Shown piece after piece: positions 20,365 to 31,400 of a stretch of 64,000 bases of DNA. The stretch's first letter is position 1, and each line of letters begins with the position of its first letter. This stretch comes from Holosporales bacterium (GTDB lineage: Bacteria > Pseudomonadota > Alphaproteobacteria > JAJTHO01): positions 14,191 through 78,190 of the forward strand of contig JBKCUA010000002.1 of assembly GCA_046318675.1 (NCBI GenBank). The letters run 5' to 3'. The position numbers and the translations under genes are program-made. The notes under the pieces were generated by a model that saw only the letters and a list, made by a program, of their open reading frames with translations, had not been told where the DNA came from and did no database searches.

Positions 20365-22281
20365 ATGATGACCATTGTCCTGACTTTTCCCGACGGCGCG
20401 ACCAAAACGGTGGCGCGTGATACCACGCCCGGCGCGGTGGCGGCGGCTTTGAGCAAATCCTTGGCAAAAAGTGCCGTTGCAGCCCGTGTGAACGGCGCAC
20501 TGTGGGATTTGGGTCGCCCCATCAAAAGCGATGCGACGCTGGAGATTCTCACTAAAGATGCCCCGGATGCGTTAGAGGTTTTGCGCCATGATGCCGCCCA
20601 CGTCATGGCCGAGGCGGTGCAGGAGCTGTTCCCCGGCACCCAAGTCACCATCGGCCCGGCTATTGAAAACGGTTTTTATTACGATTTTTACCGAGAAGAG
20701 CCGTTTACTCTTGATGACCTGCCAAAAATCGAACAGCGGATGCGGGAGATTGTCAGTCGCAATGAAGACATCGTCCGCGAGGTGTGGAGCCGTGATGAGG
20801 CCATTGCCCTGTTCCGCAGCATGGGCGAGGCATTTAAGGTGGAGATTGTCCAAGACCTTCCCGAAGATGCAGATATAACTTTGTATCGTCAGGGGAATTT
20901 TATTGATTTGTGCCGAGGTCCACATCTGCCAAATACAGCTAAGCTAGGCACGGCATTTAAATTAACCCGCTTAGCCGGAGCCTATTGGCGCGGTGATGCA
21001 ACAAAGCCGCAGTTGCAGCGTATTTACGGCACTGCTTGGGCGACAGAGGAGCAGCTCAAGAATTATCTTAAAATGCTGGAAGAAGCTGAAAAACGGGACC
21101 ATCGCCGTCTCGGGCGTGAGATGGGTCTTTTTCATTTTCAAGAAGAAGCCCCAGGTAGTATCTTCTGGCATCCTAAGGGTTGGAAACTGTACCAGACATT
21201 GCAACACTATCTTCGCCGGAAAATGAGTAAGGCCGGGTATGAGGAGGTTTCTACGCCCTTGCTTCTCGATCGGACTTTTTGGGAAAAATCTGGGCACTGG
21301 GACAAGTTCGGCGCGAAAAATATGTTTTGCTGTGAAAGCGAAGCCCGTACTTTTGCGGTCAAGCCCATGAATTGCCCCGGTCATGTGCAGATTTTTAAGC
21401 AAGGGATTAAAAGTTACCGGGATTTACCGTTGCGGTTGGCGGAGTTCAACACGTTGCACCGCAATGAGCCTTCGGGATCACTGCACGGGATGTTGCGGGT
21501 GCGGGCGTTTCATCAAGATGATGCCCATATTTTTTGCCGGGAAGAACAAATCAACAGCGAAGCATTGGCGTTTTGTGAATTACTCAAGACCGTCTATAAA
21601 GATTTGGGCTTTACCGATATTCATGTGAAGTTCAGCGATCGCCCGGCCACTAGGGCTGGGGATGATGCTGATTGGGATAAGGCCGAGGCTGCCCTTAAAG
21701 AGGCCGCGCTGGCGGCGGGATTGAACTTTACTCTGAATCCAGGGGAGGGGGCTTTCTACGGGCCGAAGTTGGAGTTTGCGCTTCGCGATGCCCTTGGGCG
21801 GGACTGGCAGTGCGGTACTATCCAGTGTGATTTTGTCCTACCTAAGCGTCTGGGCGCGACCTACGTTGCCGAAGACGGTAGTAAACAGCACCCGGTGATG
21901 TTGCATCGCGCTATTGTTGGTTCATTGGAGCGGTTTTTGGGGATTCTTATAGAGCATACCGCCGGGCATTTGCCGCTATGGTTATCCCCCGTGCCGGTGG
22001 TGGTTGCTACTATTACAGATGAGGCGAAAGCATACGCTGAAGAATTGGCCGCAGTCTTACGCGACCACGATATTGGCGTAGTGGTGGATAGCCGTAATGA
22101 GAAAATAAATTATAAAGTGCGGGAACACTCTTTGACTAAAACCCCGTTTATTTGGGCGGTGGGTAAGAATGAGGTGGCACAGCAAACCGTGGCTGTGCGC
22201 AGGTTGGGAGCCGAAGGTCAACAGGTGTTGACTAGAGCCGAGGCGATAGCCCAGTTGCAAACAGTGACGGCTATCCCATGA
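20365..22281 (+). CDS. thrS: threonine--tRNA ligase
   Basis: 638 aa with TGS N-domain, class II motifs, zinc ligands (CPGH), C-terminal anticodon-binding domain. Confidence 0.92.
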   Translation: MMTIVLTFPDGATKTVARDTTPGAVAAALSKSLAKSAVAARVNGALWDLGRPIKSDATLEILTKDAPDALEVLRHDAAHVMAEAVQELFPGTQVTIGPAIENGFYYDFYREEPFTLDDLPKIEQRMREIVSRNEDIVREVWSRDEAIALFRSMGEAFKVEIVQDLPEDADITLYRQGNFIDLCRGPHLPNTAKLGTAFKLTRLAGAYWRGDATKPQLQRIYGTAWATEEQLKNYLKMLEEAEKRDHRRLGREMGLFHFQEEAPGSIFWHPKGWKLYQTLQHYLRRKMSKAGYEEVSTPLLLDRTFWEKSGHWDKFGAKNMFCCESEARTFAVKPMNCPGHVQIFKQGIKSYRDLPLRLAEFNTLHRNEPSGSLHGMLRVRAFHQDDAHIFCREEQINSEALAFCELLKTVYKDLGFTDIHVKFSDRPATRAGDDADWDKAEAALKEAALAAGLNFTLNPGEGAFYGPKLEFALRDALGRDWQCGTIQCDFVLPKRLGATYVAEDGSKQHPVMLHRAIVGSLERFLGILIEHTAGHLPLWLSPVPVVVATITDEAKAYAEELAAVLRDHDIGVVVDSRNEKINYKVREHSLTKTPFIWAVGKNEVAQQTVAVRRLGAEGQQVLTRAEAIAQLQTVTAIP

Positions 22282-23573
22282 CAACAACGGATATTATTAT
22301 CTTGGCGGCAGGTAAAGGAACCCGGATGCGCTCTGCCTTGCCGAAAGTCTTACATACGCTGGCAGGGCGAACATTGCTTGATCATGTATTGTATGCGGCT
22401 GCTCAGTTAAAACCAGCCAGTATTAGCGTGGTGGTGGCTGAGGATTTCACCTATTCTTTACCGGACGGGGTGCGGCCAGTGGTGCAAAAAGAGCGTCTGG
22501 GTACCGGTCACGCAGTACGGATGGCATTCGAAAACGCGCCGGGTAGTGGCGGTAATGTTTTGGTGCTGTATGGTGATACGCCGTTGCTAACCATGGGGAC
22601 GATGCGCCAGTTATTGCAGGCATTGGATCACGGCGGGGTTGCCGCGTTGGGCTTTGAGCCTGCCGATCCGGCTCAATATGGACGCCTGCAAACCGACGGG
22701 GCGCGGCTGCTGGGGATTGTGGAGTACGCTGATGCAACAGCAGAACAACGGGCAATTCGTTTTTGTAATGCCGGGATTATGGCGTTTCGCCGGGAGGTAT
22801 TGAGCACCTTGTTGCCAAAACTGTCCAACAAGAATGCTAAGGGTGAGTATTACCTGACGGATAGTGTTGGGTTGGCTGTTCAGGCTGGGTACGGGGCAAC
22901 GGCGGTGCGGGCTTGCGATCCGGAGGAAGTGCTGGGGGTGAACAGCCGTCCTGAGCTGGCCATAGCCGAGGCTATTTTTCAACGGCGGATGCGGGGGCAA
23001 CTGCTTGAAGCTGGGGTGACAATGCCCGCGCCAGAAACGGTATGGCTGTCCGCCGATTTGGTATGTTCTGCTGATGTTACGATTGAGCCATTTGTGGTAT
23101 TAGGTAATGGCGTCGTGTTGGAGGCCGGGGCGCGAGTTCGGGCGTTTTCTCATCTGGAACAGGCCACTGTTGGTCAAAATGCCGTGGTTGGACCTTATGC
23201 ACGCCTGCGGCCTGGGGCTGTCCTTGCGGCGGATGCCCATGTTGGCAATTTTGTTGAAATAAAAAACGCTACCTTAGGGGTTGGGGCAAAGGCGAATCAT
23301 TTGAGCTACCTAGGCGATGCCAGCATTGGTGCCGGGGCAAATATTGGTGCGGGAACAATTACCTGCAATTACGATGGCGAGAAAAAGCATCTCACGATGA
23401 TTGGGGCAAAGGCTTTTATTGGTTCGAACACCGCTTTAGTCGCTCCGGTGTCTGTTGGGGATAGTGCCACTATTGGTGCGGGCAGTATTATTACTAAGGA
23501 CGTGCCCAATGCCGCACTAGGCATTGCCCGGGCGGTGCAAAAAATTATTCCGGGATGGAAAAAGAAAGCATGA
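22278..23573 (+). CDS. glmU: bifunctional UDP-N-acetylglucosamine pyrophosphorylase / glucosamine-1-phosphate N-acetyltransferase
   Basis: N-terminal LAAGKGTRM nucleotidyltransferase motif and C-terminal left-handed beta-helix hexapeptide repeats. ATGA-type overlap with thrS. Confidence 0.9.
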   Translation: MTTTDIIILAAGKGTRMRSALPKVLHTLAGRTLLDHVLYAAAQLKPASISVVVAEDFTYSLPDGVRPVVQKERLGTGHAVRMAFENAPGSGGNVLVLYGDTPLLTMGTMRQLLQALDHGGVAALGFEPADPAQYGRLQTDGARLLGIVEYADATAEQRAIRFCNAGIMAFRREVLSTLLPKLSNKNAKGEYYLTDSVGLAVQAGYGATAVRACDPEEVLGVNSRPELAIAEAIFQRRMRGQLLEAGVTMPAPETVWLSADLVCSADVTIEPFVVLGNGVVLEAGARVRAFSHLEQATVGQNAVVGPYARLRPGAVLAADAHVGNFVEIKNATLGVGAKANHLSYLGDASIGAGANIGAGTITCNYDGEKKHLTMIGAKAFIGSNTALVAPVSVGDSATIGAGSIITKDVPNAALGIARAVQKIIPGWKKKA

Positions 23574-23848
23574 CCCCCTTGAGGCATCATGTTTTTTTCT
23601 GTCTTAATCGTCGCCCGGACGATGCCCCGCAGGGCTGCTGCGCTAGCAAAGGGGCAGAGGACTTGTTTGATTACTGTAAAGTTCAAGTGAAAGCGAAAGG
23701 CATTAAAGGTGTTCGTATCAACCGGGCAGGGTGCCTTGATCGCTGCGCTATGGGCGTCACGGTGGTGGATTACCCGGCGGGGGAGTGGTGTACAGTAAAG
23801 ACGCGGGAGGATGTGGATAGTTTGGTGGCGGGTTTGAGCAGTCTTTAG
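23555..23848 (+). CDS. thioredoxin-like [2Fe-2S] ferredoxin-domain protein
   Basis: About 95 aa with Cys cluster (FFCLNRR..., CCASKG, CLDRCAMG) typical of thioredoxin-fold 2Fe-2S ferredoxins. Start may be at 23570. Confidence 0.5.
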   Translation: MEKESMTPLRHHVFFCLNRRPDDAPQGCCASKGAEDLFDYCKVQVKAKGIKGVRINRAGCLDRCAMGVTVVDYPAGEWCTVKTREDVDSLVAGLSSL

Positions 23849-23865
23849 CGTATTATAAACCCTTA

Positions 23866-23997
23866 TGGCTCATGCAAAACTAACCCTCCCGCAAAAGGTT
23901 TGTCTGGTATGCCAGCGTCCCTTCACTTGGCGTAAAAAGTGGGCAAAGGTATGGGACGATGTAAAATATTGCTCAGAACGCTGTAGAAAAAAATAGG
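23866..23997 (+). CDS. small zinc-ribbon protein, DUF2256-like (43 aa; not in the supplied ORF track)
   Basis: ATG 23866 to TAG 23995-23997 encodes [43 protein letters not shown]. It has a CxxC...CxxxC pattern and a basic tail, and sits between the ferredoxin and photolyase genes. Confidence 0.5.
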
Positions 23998-24049
23998 GAA
24001 GTCACGCCTTGATGGAAATTATTTTGTTTAATTTAGATGAGGCGGGATT

Positions 24050-25573
24050 ATGACAACGCTGCGCCTGGTGTTGGGTGATCAGCTTACTCTGTCTTTGGCT
24101 AGCCTGAGCAACGCTGATAAAGTGCGGGATATTATTTTATTGTGCGAGGTGTGGGATGAGGCCACCTATGTCAAGCATCACCCCAAGAAAATTGCCCTCT
24201 TGTTCTCCGCCATGCGCCATTTTGCGGCTGAGTTGATCGAAGCTGGCTATACCGTGGACTATGTGCGCCTTGACGATACAGGCAACAGTGGAAATTTTAC
24301 CGGAGAGGTACAGCGGGCGATAGCCCGGCATAAAATTACCCGGATTGTCTGCACCTTTCCGGGGGAGTACCGGGTATTGCAAATGATGCAGGCGTGGGGA
24401 GAGGCCCTTGGCCTTCCCGTGCAGATTTTGTCCGATGATCGTTTTATCGCCACACCAGAGGAGTTTGCCGCTTGGGCGCAGGGTAAAAAGCAACTGCGGA
24501 TGGAATTTTTTTACCGCGAAATGCGTCGTAAAACGGGCTTACTGATGAACGGCACATTGCCTGAAGGCGGCCAGTGGAACTATGATTCAGAAAATCGTAA
24601 ATCGCCCGGCGGCGGGCTGCTGATCCCCTCACCTTTAGCTTTTGTACCTGATGCCATCACGCAGGAAGTCTTGAGTCTTGTTGGCAAGAAGTTCGGTGAT
24701 CATTTTGGTGTGTTGGAGCCGTTTACTTTTGCGGTGACTCGCGCTGATGCCTTGTGTGTACTGGCGCATTTTATTGAGGAGCGCCTACCATTTTTTGGTG
24801 ACTATCAAGATGCCATGCTAACGGGACAGCCGTGGATGTACCATGCGCATATTGGCTTTTATCTTAATTGCGGCTTGCTGTTGCCGTTGGAATGCGCGGC
24901 GGCGGCTCAGGATGCCTATCGACATGGTCATGTCCCTCTTAATGCGGCGGAGGGTTTTATCCGCCAGATCATTGGCTGGCGGGAGTATATTCGCGGTATC
25001 TACTGGCTTAAAATGCCGATGTACAAAAACGAGAATTTTTTAGAGGCCACCCGCCCACTGCCAAAATTTTACTGGAGTGGTGAAACCGCCATGAACTGCC
25101 TCAAACAGTGTATAAAAGATACTAGGGATAACGCCTATACCCATCATATCCAACGCCTGATGGTCTTGGGAAACTTCGCGCTGCTTGCGGGTGTGCATCC
25201 CGATGCGGTGAATGAATGGTACCTCATTGTTTATGCTGATGCTTATGAATGGGTTGAATTACCTAATGTATCGGGGATGGTACTGTTTGCTGATGGGGGT
25301 TTGTTGGCGAGTAAACCTTATGCCGCCAGTGGTGCTTATATCAACAAAATGTCTGATTACTGTCAGGGATGCCAGTATAAAGTTCAGGAGAAAACGGGCG
25401 ATACCGCCTGTCCTTTCAATTACCTGTATTGGGATTTTCTGATTCGTAACGCCGACAAGCTAAGCCGTAACCCGCGCTTAGCGATGGTGTACAAAACCCT
25501 CTCTAACATGACACCGCATCACCGCGCGGCTCTTCAGGCCAGTGCTGCAATATTTATAGATAGGTACTTATAG
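24050..25573 (+). CDS. cryptochrome/photolyase-family protein of the FeS-BCP type (CryB / (6-4) photolyase PhrB-like)
   Basis: 507 aa with MTTLRLVLGDQL N-terminus. C-terminal cysteines occur in the spacing expected for the [4Fe-4S] cluster of FeS-BCPs (NCLKQC ... DYCQGCQYK ... ACPFNYLYWDF). Confidence 0.65.
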   Translation: MTTLRLVLGDQLTLSLASLSNADKVRDIILLCEVWDEATYVKHHPKKIALLFSAMRHFAAELIEAGYTVDYVRLDDTGNSGNFTGEVQRAIARHKITRIVCTFPGEYRVLQMMQAWGEALGLPVQILSDDRFIATPEEFAAWAQGKKQLRMEFFYREMRRKTGLLMNGTLPEGGQWNYDSENRKSPGGGLLIPSPLAFVPDAITQEVLSLVGKKFGDHFGVLEPFTFAVTRADALCVLAHFIEERLPFFGDYQDAMLTGQPWMYHAHIGFYLNCGLLLPLECAAAAQDAYRHGHVPLNAAEGFIRQIIGWREYIRGIYWLKMPMYKNENFLEATRPLPKFYWSGETAMNCLKQCIKDTRDNAYTHHIQRLMVLGNFALLAGVHPDAVNEWYLIVYADAYEWVELPNVSGMVLFADGGLLASKPYAASGAYINKMSDYCQGCQYKVQEKTGDTACPFNYLYWDFLIRNADKLSRNPRLAMVYKTLSNMTPHHRAALQASAAIFIDRYL

Positions 25574-25604
25574 AGAGCGGTATAGTTCCCATCCACCACA
25601 GCTA

Positions 25605-26054
25605 TCACCGCACCAACGCCAAAATCGCCAACCTATACCCTGCCGCGCCCAGACCGCTGATCACCCCATCAGCACGCAGGGACACATAGGAATGGCGACG
25701 GAATTCTTCCCGTTGGTAGATATTGGAGAGGTGCACTTCGATGACTTGATGGGGGTAGGCGCGTAAGGCATCAAGAATGGCCACAGAGGTGTGGGTGTAG
25801 GCGGCGGGGTTGATGACGAGGCCACTGGTGCTGGTTGCCATCTCTTGAATGGCAGTTACGAGATCGCCTTCGCTATTGGACTGTCTGAAATCAATAGTGT
25901 AGCCGCTGTCTTTGGCGGTGTCGCTGCAAAGTTTCTTAAGGCCGTCTAATGTTAATGAGCCGTAGATGCTTGTCTCACGGGTACCGAGCAAATTAAGGTT
26001 TGGCCCGTTCAGAACCCCGATAACCCGATTGGCGGACGTGAGGGGTTTTGTCAT
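25605..26054 (-). CDS. aroQ: 3-dehydroquinate dehydratase, type II
   Basis: VIGVLNGPNLNLLGTRETSIYG ... HLSNIYQRE motifs. Confidence 0.88.
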   Translation of the reverse strand: MTKPLTSANRVIGVLNGPNLNLLGTRETSIYGSLTLDGLKKLCSDTAKDSGYTIDFRQSNSEGDLVTAIQEMATSTSGLVINPAAYTHTSVAILDALRAYPHQVIEVHLSNIYQREEFRRHSYVSLRADGVISGLGAAGYRLAILALVR

Positions 26055-26076
26055 TCCGGCTCCTAGGGAGTGGGTG

Positions 26077-26490
26077 TTAGGCTTCCGCTGCTGCGTTCGC
26101 AATTACTGGTCTGCCGTTTGCCATGCCAACGCCTGTGGTACGTTCTTTAATACGGGCTTTTTTACCACGCAGGGCGCGCATATAGTAAAGTTTTGCCCGG
26201 CGTACTTGACCGCGGCGGACAAGTTCGACGCTATCCACGCGGGGGCTATACAAGGGGAATACCCGTTCAACGCCCTCGCCATAGGAAATTTTTCGTACGG
26301 TAAAAGTGGACTGCAATCCGGCATTTTTACGGGCGATGCAGACGCCTTCATAGGCCTGAATCCGCTCACGCTCGCCTTCGACAATTTTTACATTGACCCG
26401 CACCGTATCGCCGGGAGCAAAATCGGGGTGTTGCCTTTTGGCGGAAAGAGCGTCGAGGTGTTCTTTTTCAAGGCGTTGTAGCAAATTCAT
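26077..26490 (-). CDS. rplS: 50S ribosomal protein L19
   Basis: [12 protein letters not shown]...[33 protein letters not shown] is canonical L19. Start placed at the internal ATG (26488-26490). Confidence 0.9.
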   Translation of the reverse strand: MNLLQRLEKEHLDALSAKRQHPDFAPGDTVRVNVKIVEGERERIQAYEGVCIARKNAGLQSTFTVRKISYGEGVERVFPLYSPRVDSVELVRRGQVRRAKLYYMRALRGKKARIKERTTGVGMANGRPVIANAAAEA

Positions 26491-26512
26491 GACCGTTATC
26501 CTAAAAAACGCG

Positions 26513-27223
26513 TTACTTGTTTTCTTGCCAGCATCGCCACAGATCGGGACGCCGAGCAAGGGTTATATCTTCGGCCTGCCGACGTCGCCAAGCAGTGATT
26601 GCCGCATGGTTTCCGCCCCGCAAAACCGCAGGAACCTCTGCCCCCCGCCAAACAGGCGGTTTGGTGTAGTGAGGGTATTCAAGCAATCCAGAGGAAAAGG
26701 ATTCCTCCGTATGGGTTGCCGGATCGCCCACCGCGCCAGGGAGAAGTCGAATCACAGCTTCACAAACGACTTGAGCGGCCACTTCGCCGCCTGCCAGAAT
26801 GTAATCGCCAAGACTAACTTCCGTCATTTCATAAGCCTCTAAAACTCGTTGGTCAACCCCTTCATAGCGTCCACATAGTAAAATAATGCCCGGCTGCGTT
26901 GAAAAAGTGTTCAACATCACTTGATTGAGGGGTGCGCCCCTGGGGCTTAAATAAACCTTCGGCCATTGTTGCCGTTCGGGGTGTCGTGCTAAAACGGCAT
27001 CCAGGGTGTCGGCTACTACATCGGGTTTGAGTACCATTCCTGCGCCGCCTCCGTAGGGGGTATCGTCCACGGTATGGTGTTTGTCGGTGGCGAAATCCCT
27101 AATATTATAAAGCTCTAAATCCCACAGTCCTTTTTCCCGCGCCTTTTCGGCCAAGGATGCGCCGAGGACACCGGGAAACATTTCCGGGAACAAGGTCAAA
27201 ATGGCGGCAGTCCACGATGGCAT
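26513..27223 (-). CDS. trmD: tRNA (guanine37-N1)-methyltransferase
   Basis: [10 protein letters not shown]-terminus and SPOUT knot motifs ([13 protein letters not shown]). Lies upstream of rplS. Confidence 0.9.
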   Translation of the reverse strand: MPSWTAAILTLFPEMFPGVLGASLAEKAREKGLWDLELYNIRDFATDKHHTVDDTPYGGGAGMVLKPDVVADTLDAVLARHPERQQWPKVYLSPRGAPLNQVMLNTFSTQPGIILLCGRYEGVDQRVLEAYEMTEVSLGDYILAGGEVAAQVVCEAVIRLLPGAVGDPATHTEESFSSGLLEYPHYTKPPVWRGAEVPAVLRGGNHAAITAWRRRQAEDITLARRPDLWRCWQENK

Positions 27224-27283
27224 CGGGACGATTTAAGGTAGGTAGTAGATTTTTACAACCATCTCTGCTATACGCCGCTTCCC

Positions 27284-28408
27284 ATGAGTACCGATTTTTA
27301 TAAAACCTTAGGCGTCAATAAAAACGCCAGCGGCGATGACATTAAGAAAGCCTACCGTAAGTTGGCGATGCAATACCACCCGGATAAAAATCCCGGGGAC
27401 AAAGCGGCTGAACATCAGTTTAAAGAAATAAGCCAAGCCTATGACGTGTTGAAGGATGAGCAAAAACGTGCCGCATATGATCGCTATGGTCATGCCGCCT
27501 TTACTCAAGGCGGCGGGGGACAGGCTCGAGGGCATCAGGGCTTTTCCGATATTTTTGAAGAAATTTTTGGCGACTTTATGGGTGGTATGGGTGGTGGGCA
27601 ACCCCAGGCTGGTGCTGGTCGCGGTGCGGACATTCGTTATGATGTTCAGGTTTCTCTAGAAGATGCTTTTGCTGGTAAAACCACTACCATCCATTTTGGT
27701 GCCCCCATGCCTTGCGGTGATTGCCATGGCACTGGCAGTAAAGCGGGGAGCGGTGCTGTGCGGTGCTCTACCTGTAAGGGTCATGGTAGGGTGCGTGTAC
27801 AACAGGGTTTTTTTACGCTGGAGCGTACCTGTACGGTGTGCAGTGGTACTGGTTCGATGATCGAGCACCCATGCCCTACCTGTCATGGCGAAGGGCGAGT
27901 CTATAAGGAACGTACCTTAGAAGTTAATATTCCTCCCGGGGTGGAGGATGGAACCCGTATTCGTCTTGCCAAGGAAGGGGAGGCTGGGCTTCGGGGTGCA
28001 TCGGCGGGAGACTTGTATCTTTTTGTTCATGTTAATGAACATCCATTATTTCATCGGGATGGTAGTACATTGTTGTGCATGGTGCCGCTTCCGGTATGGA
28101 CAGCGGCTTTGGGCGGTACCGTGGAAGTGGCCGGGATTGATGGTGCCCGTCTATCAGTGCAGGTTCCCCAAGGCACCCAATCGGGGCACCGGGTACGCTT
28201 GCGCGGTAAGGGCATGAGCATTCTTCGCCAGCAAAGCCGTGGTGATCTTTATATAGATTTCCAAGTAGAAACCCCGGTAAATCTCAATACCAGACAACGG
28301 GAAATACTTGAAGAATTTAAAGTTCTCGCCAATGGACGCAACGTCAGTCCAAAATCTGAAGGATTTTTTGATAAACTCAAAGGGGTCTGGAAAGATTTAA
28401 CGGAATAG
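27284..28408 (+). CDS. dnaJ: molecular chaperone DnaJ
   Basis: J-domain with HPD (YHPDKNPGD), G/F region, four CxxCxGxG zinc-finger repeats. Confidence 0.92.
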   Translation: MSTDFYKTLGVNKNASGDDIKKAYRKLAMQYHPDKNPGDKAAEHQFKEISQAYDVLKDEQKRAAYDRYGHAAFTQGGGGQARGHQGFSDIFEEIFGDFMGGMGGGQPQAGAGRGADIRYDVQVSLEDAFAGKTTTIHFGAPMPCGDCHGTGSKAGSGAVRCSTCKGHGRVRVQQGFFTLERTCTVCSGTGSMIEHPCPTCHGEGRVYKERTLEVNIPPGVEDGTRIRLAKEGEAGLRGASAGDLYLFVHVNEHPLFHRDGSTLLCMVPLPVWTAALGGTVEVAGIDGARLSVQVPQGTQSGHRVRLRGKGMSILRQQSRGDLYIDFQVETPVNLNTRQREILEEFKVLANGRNVSPKSEGFFDKLKGVWKDLTE

Positions 28409-28413
28409 TCAAA

Positions 28414-31400
28414 TTGTTTGCACCAGCAATTTCTTGGATAAAAAATTATTTTGCAGTTGACAGTTGCCGTTCTTCCCCTGATTTCTGCAAAAGTATGACC
28501 AACATAGCAAAGAATGTACGCTCTATGATCCTTCCACTAGCTTCTTGGGAAAGCCTCCAGCAGAAGATAACCTCTGGTTTAGAAGGAAAATTTCTAGAAC
28601 TTTTTTTGAATGATGTTGGCGAGGAAGAACGCCAGTATTTGTTGCCATCAGCCTTTGCGGACGATGTTGAGGCGTTGTGGCAACTGTTGGATGTTAGGCA
28701 TGATCGAGAGCCATTTCTTTCGCTGCGCAATAGCGTGCAGCCGGGTCGGGCAGCACTATTGCTTCTCAATCAAGATCGCCCCTTTTTGGTTAGTTCGGTA
28801 ACAGCCGCTATTGCTAAGCAAGGGTTCAATATTGATTTTATTGCCCATCCGGTAGTTCTTGTTGTTCGGGATAATAAAAATAATATCGTTAAATTACAGA
28901 GATTTGCCGGGGTCTATCCTATTGAAAGCGGTGCTGAGATAGTCTCGGCGATGTTGATTTATCTCAAGGTGCCCCAAGACGAAGCGGGCAGGGAAACATT
29001 GATAGTGGGGGTACGGCGTGTATTAGCTGCGGTGACGGCGGCTAACACAGATTGGCCTGCTATGCAGGCTATGGTGCATCAACATATTGATGTTCTCCGT
29101 CGTCATGAACCACCTGTGCCGTCCGAAGAACGCACTGAAACAATAGCTTTCCTAGAATGGCTTCTGGCGGATCATTTTACGCTTTTGGGGGTTCAGGCTC
29201 GGCATTACCATGACCCTTACGGGGCAGGTTTGCGGATTATTCCCAATGGGGATGGTTTGGGCATCCTTCGTGAGCAAGAAGCGGTATTCTTTACCGATAT
29301 TCAAGAAGAATCATCCGAGACTCTCCCTATTGATATTCAGATGTTTCTTGCCAAATCGCAATTGCTCCATGTGGCAAAAGCCAAGGCTATTTCTCCTGTT
29401 CACCGTGCGGTGCCATTGGATGTAATTACTCTGAAGGTTTTTGATGATAGATCCCGATTGTCGGGAGAGTTGCGAATAGTTGGCTTGTTTACGTCCAGTG
29501 CGTATCAAGAAAGCCCTGAAGAAATTCCCTTTTTGCGTCATAAAGCGCATTATGTGCTGGAGAAGTCTGGCCTCGATCCTAATGGCCATGATGGTAAGGT
29601 ATTACTACAAATTCTTAAAACCCTGCCAAGGGATGACATTTATCAACTTGACAATGATGAGCTTTTTCGTTTGAGTATCAATGTCCTGCGTCTGCAAGAA
29701 CGCCCACGGGTTGCCTTGTTTTTGCATACCGCTCCGTGGGAGCATACGGTTAGTGCTCTGGTGTATTTGCCACGGGAAAAATTTAGTCAGGATGTCTTGC
29801 GGCGTATCGAAGCATTGCTGGCTCATGCTGTTGCTGGTGTGGTGCGGGTTAGTAATGGCCAAGTAGAAGAATCAGTGCTGGCAAGACTCAATTTTGTTTT
29901 TGCGGTTAATCCTAAAACCAAGCCTGTTATTGATTATACTGCTTTAGAACGGCGTGTGAATGAAATTGTCAATGGTTGGACAGAAAGCTTGCGTCAGGCA
30001 CTTGATGCTATTTGTCCAAATAATGTTGGTATGGCGTTGCATACTAGGTTTGGCCACGGCTTTCCGTTATCGTATCAAGAAGCCTCAACGCCTTCTGTTG
30101 CCGCCGCTGATACCCAAATGTTGGCGATGTTGTATGCTGATGAACGTATTCATGTGCGTCTTGTATCTGTACCAGAGCGGGGGCATGGCCAATATAGTAT
30201 TCGTATTTTTTCCCTCGATAATGCTTTGCCTCTTTACCGTGTGTTGCCAATATTGGAGAATATAGGCTTTCGCACTATGGGTGAGGATGCTTATGAGATT
30301 AAGGCTGCTGGTCACTTCACTAAAGCGTGGATTCATGATTTTACCGTATTTGCTTCAGTCGCGGGGTTTGTTTTAGATGATGCCATCGCAGCAGCGGTGG
30401 AAGCCACGTTTGTTGCTGTGTGGAGCGGTGATGCCGAAGACGATGCCCTCAATGGCTTGACGATGACTGCTGGTCTGCACTGGAGACAGGTGGCAACTCT
30501 TCGGGCGTTGGCTTGTTATGCTCGCCAAGCTGGGTTTGCTCATAGTGTGGCAGTTATTAGTGCGATGTTATTAGCCTATCCTGCTATTGCAGCAGACATA
30601 GCGGCGTTGTTTGATGCTCGGTTTTCTCCTGAAGCAACAATCAATCCAAATGTGGTGCGTGCTCGGCTACAAGGGCAGATGGCGACAGTACGAAGTCTAG
30701 TGGAAGATAGCGTTGTGCGTTATCTGATTGCTCTTGTTGAGGCTATCTGGCGTACTAATATGTTTCAGCATGATGCCAATGGCCAGTTGAAAAAATATTT
30801 TTCATTTAAAATAAATAGCTCTCTTGTGCCCGACTTGCCACAGCCTTGTCCTTATGCGGAAATATTTGTTTATGCTGCATATATGGAGGGTATTCATCTG
30901 CGCGGCGGTAAGGTGGCTCGGGGTGGTATTCGGTGGTCGGATCGCCGGGAAGATTTCCGCCGGGAGGTGCTTGGTCTTATTAAAGCGCAAATGGTTAAGA
31001 ACGCCGTTATTGTCCCAGTAGGGAGCAAAGGCGGGTTTATTGTTAAAAAATCGTTGGTGGGATTGCCTAGGGAAGAACAGCAGGCGGAGGTCATCCGGTG
31101 TTATCAAACCCTGATTCGTGGGCTGTTGGATATCACCGATAATTTAAAAGATGAAAAAGTTGTGCCGCCGGCACAAGTAGTACGGCATGATGGGAATGAC
31201 CCGTATTTAGTGGTTGCTGCTGATAAAGGCACGGCAACATTTTCGGATATTGCCAATGCTTTGGCTGCTGAATACGGCTTTTGGCTTGGTGATGCTTTTG
31301 CCAGTGGCGGTTCTGTCGGCTATGATCACAAGAAAATGGGTATTACCGCCCGTGGGGCTTGGGAAGCTGTTAAACGTCACTTCCGAGAACGCGGAAAAGA

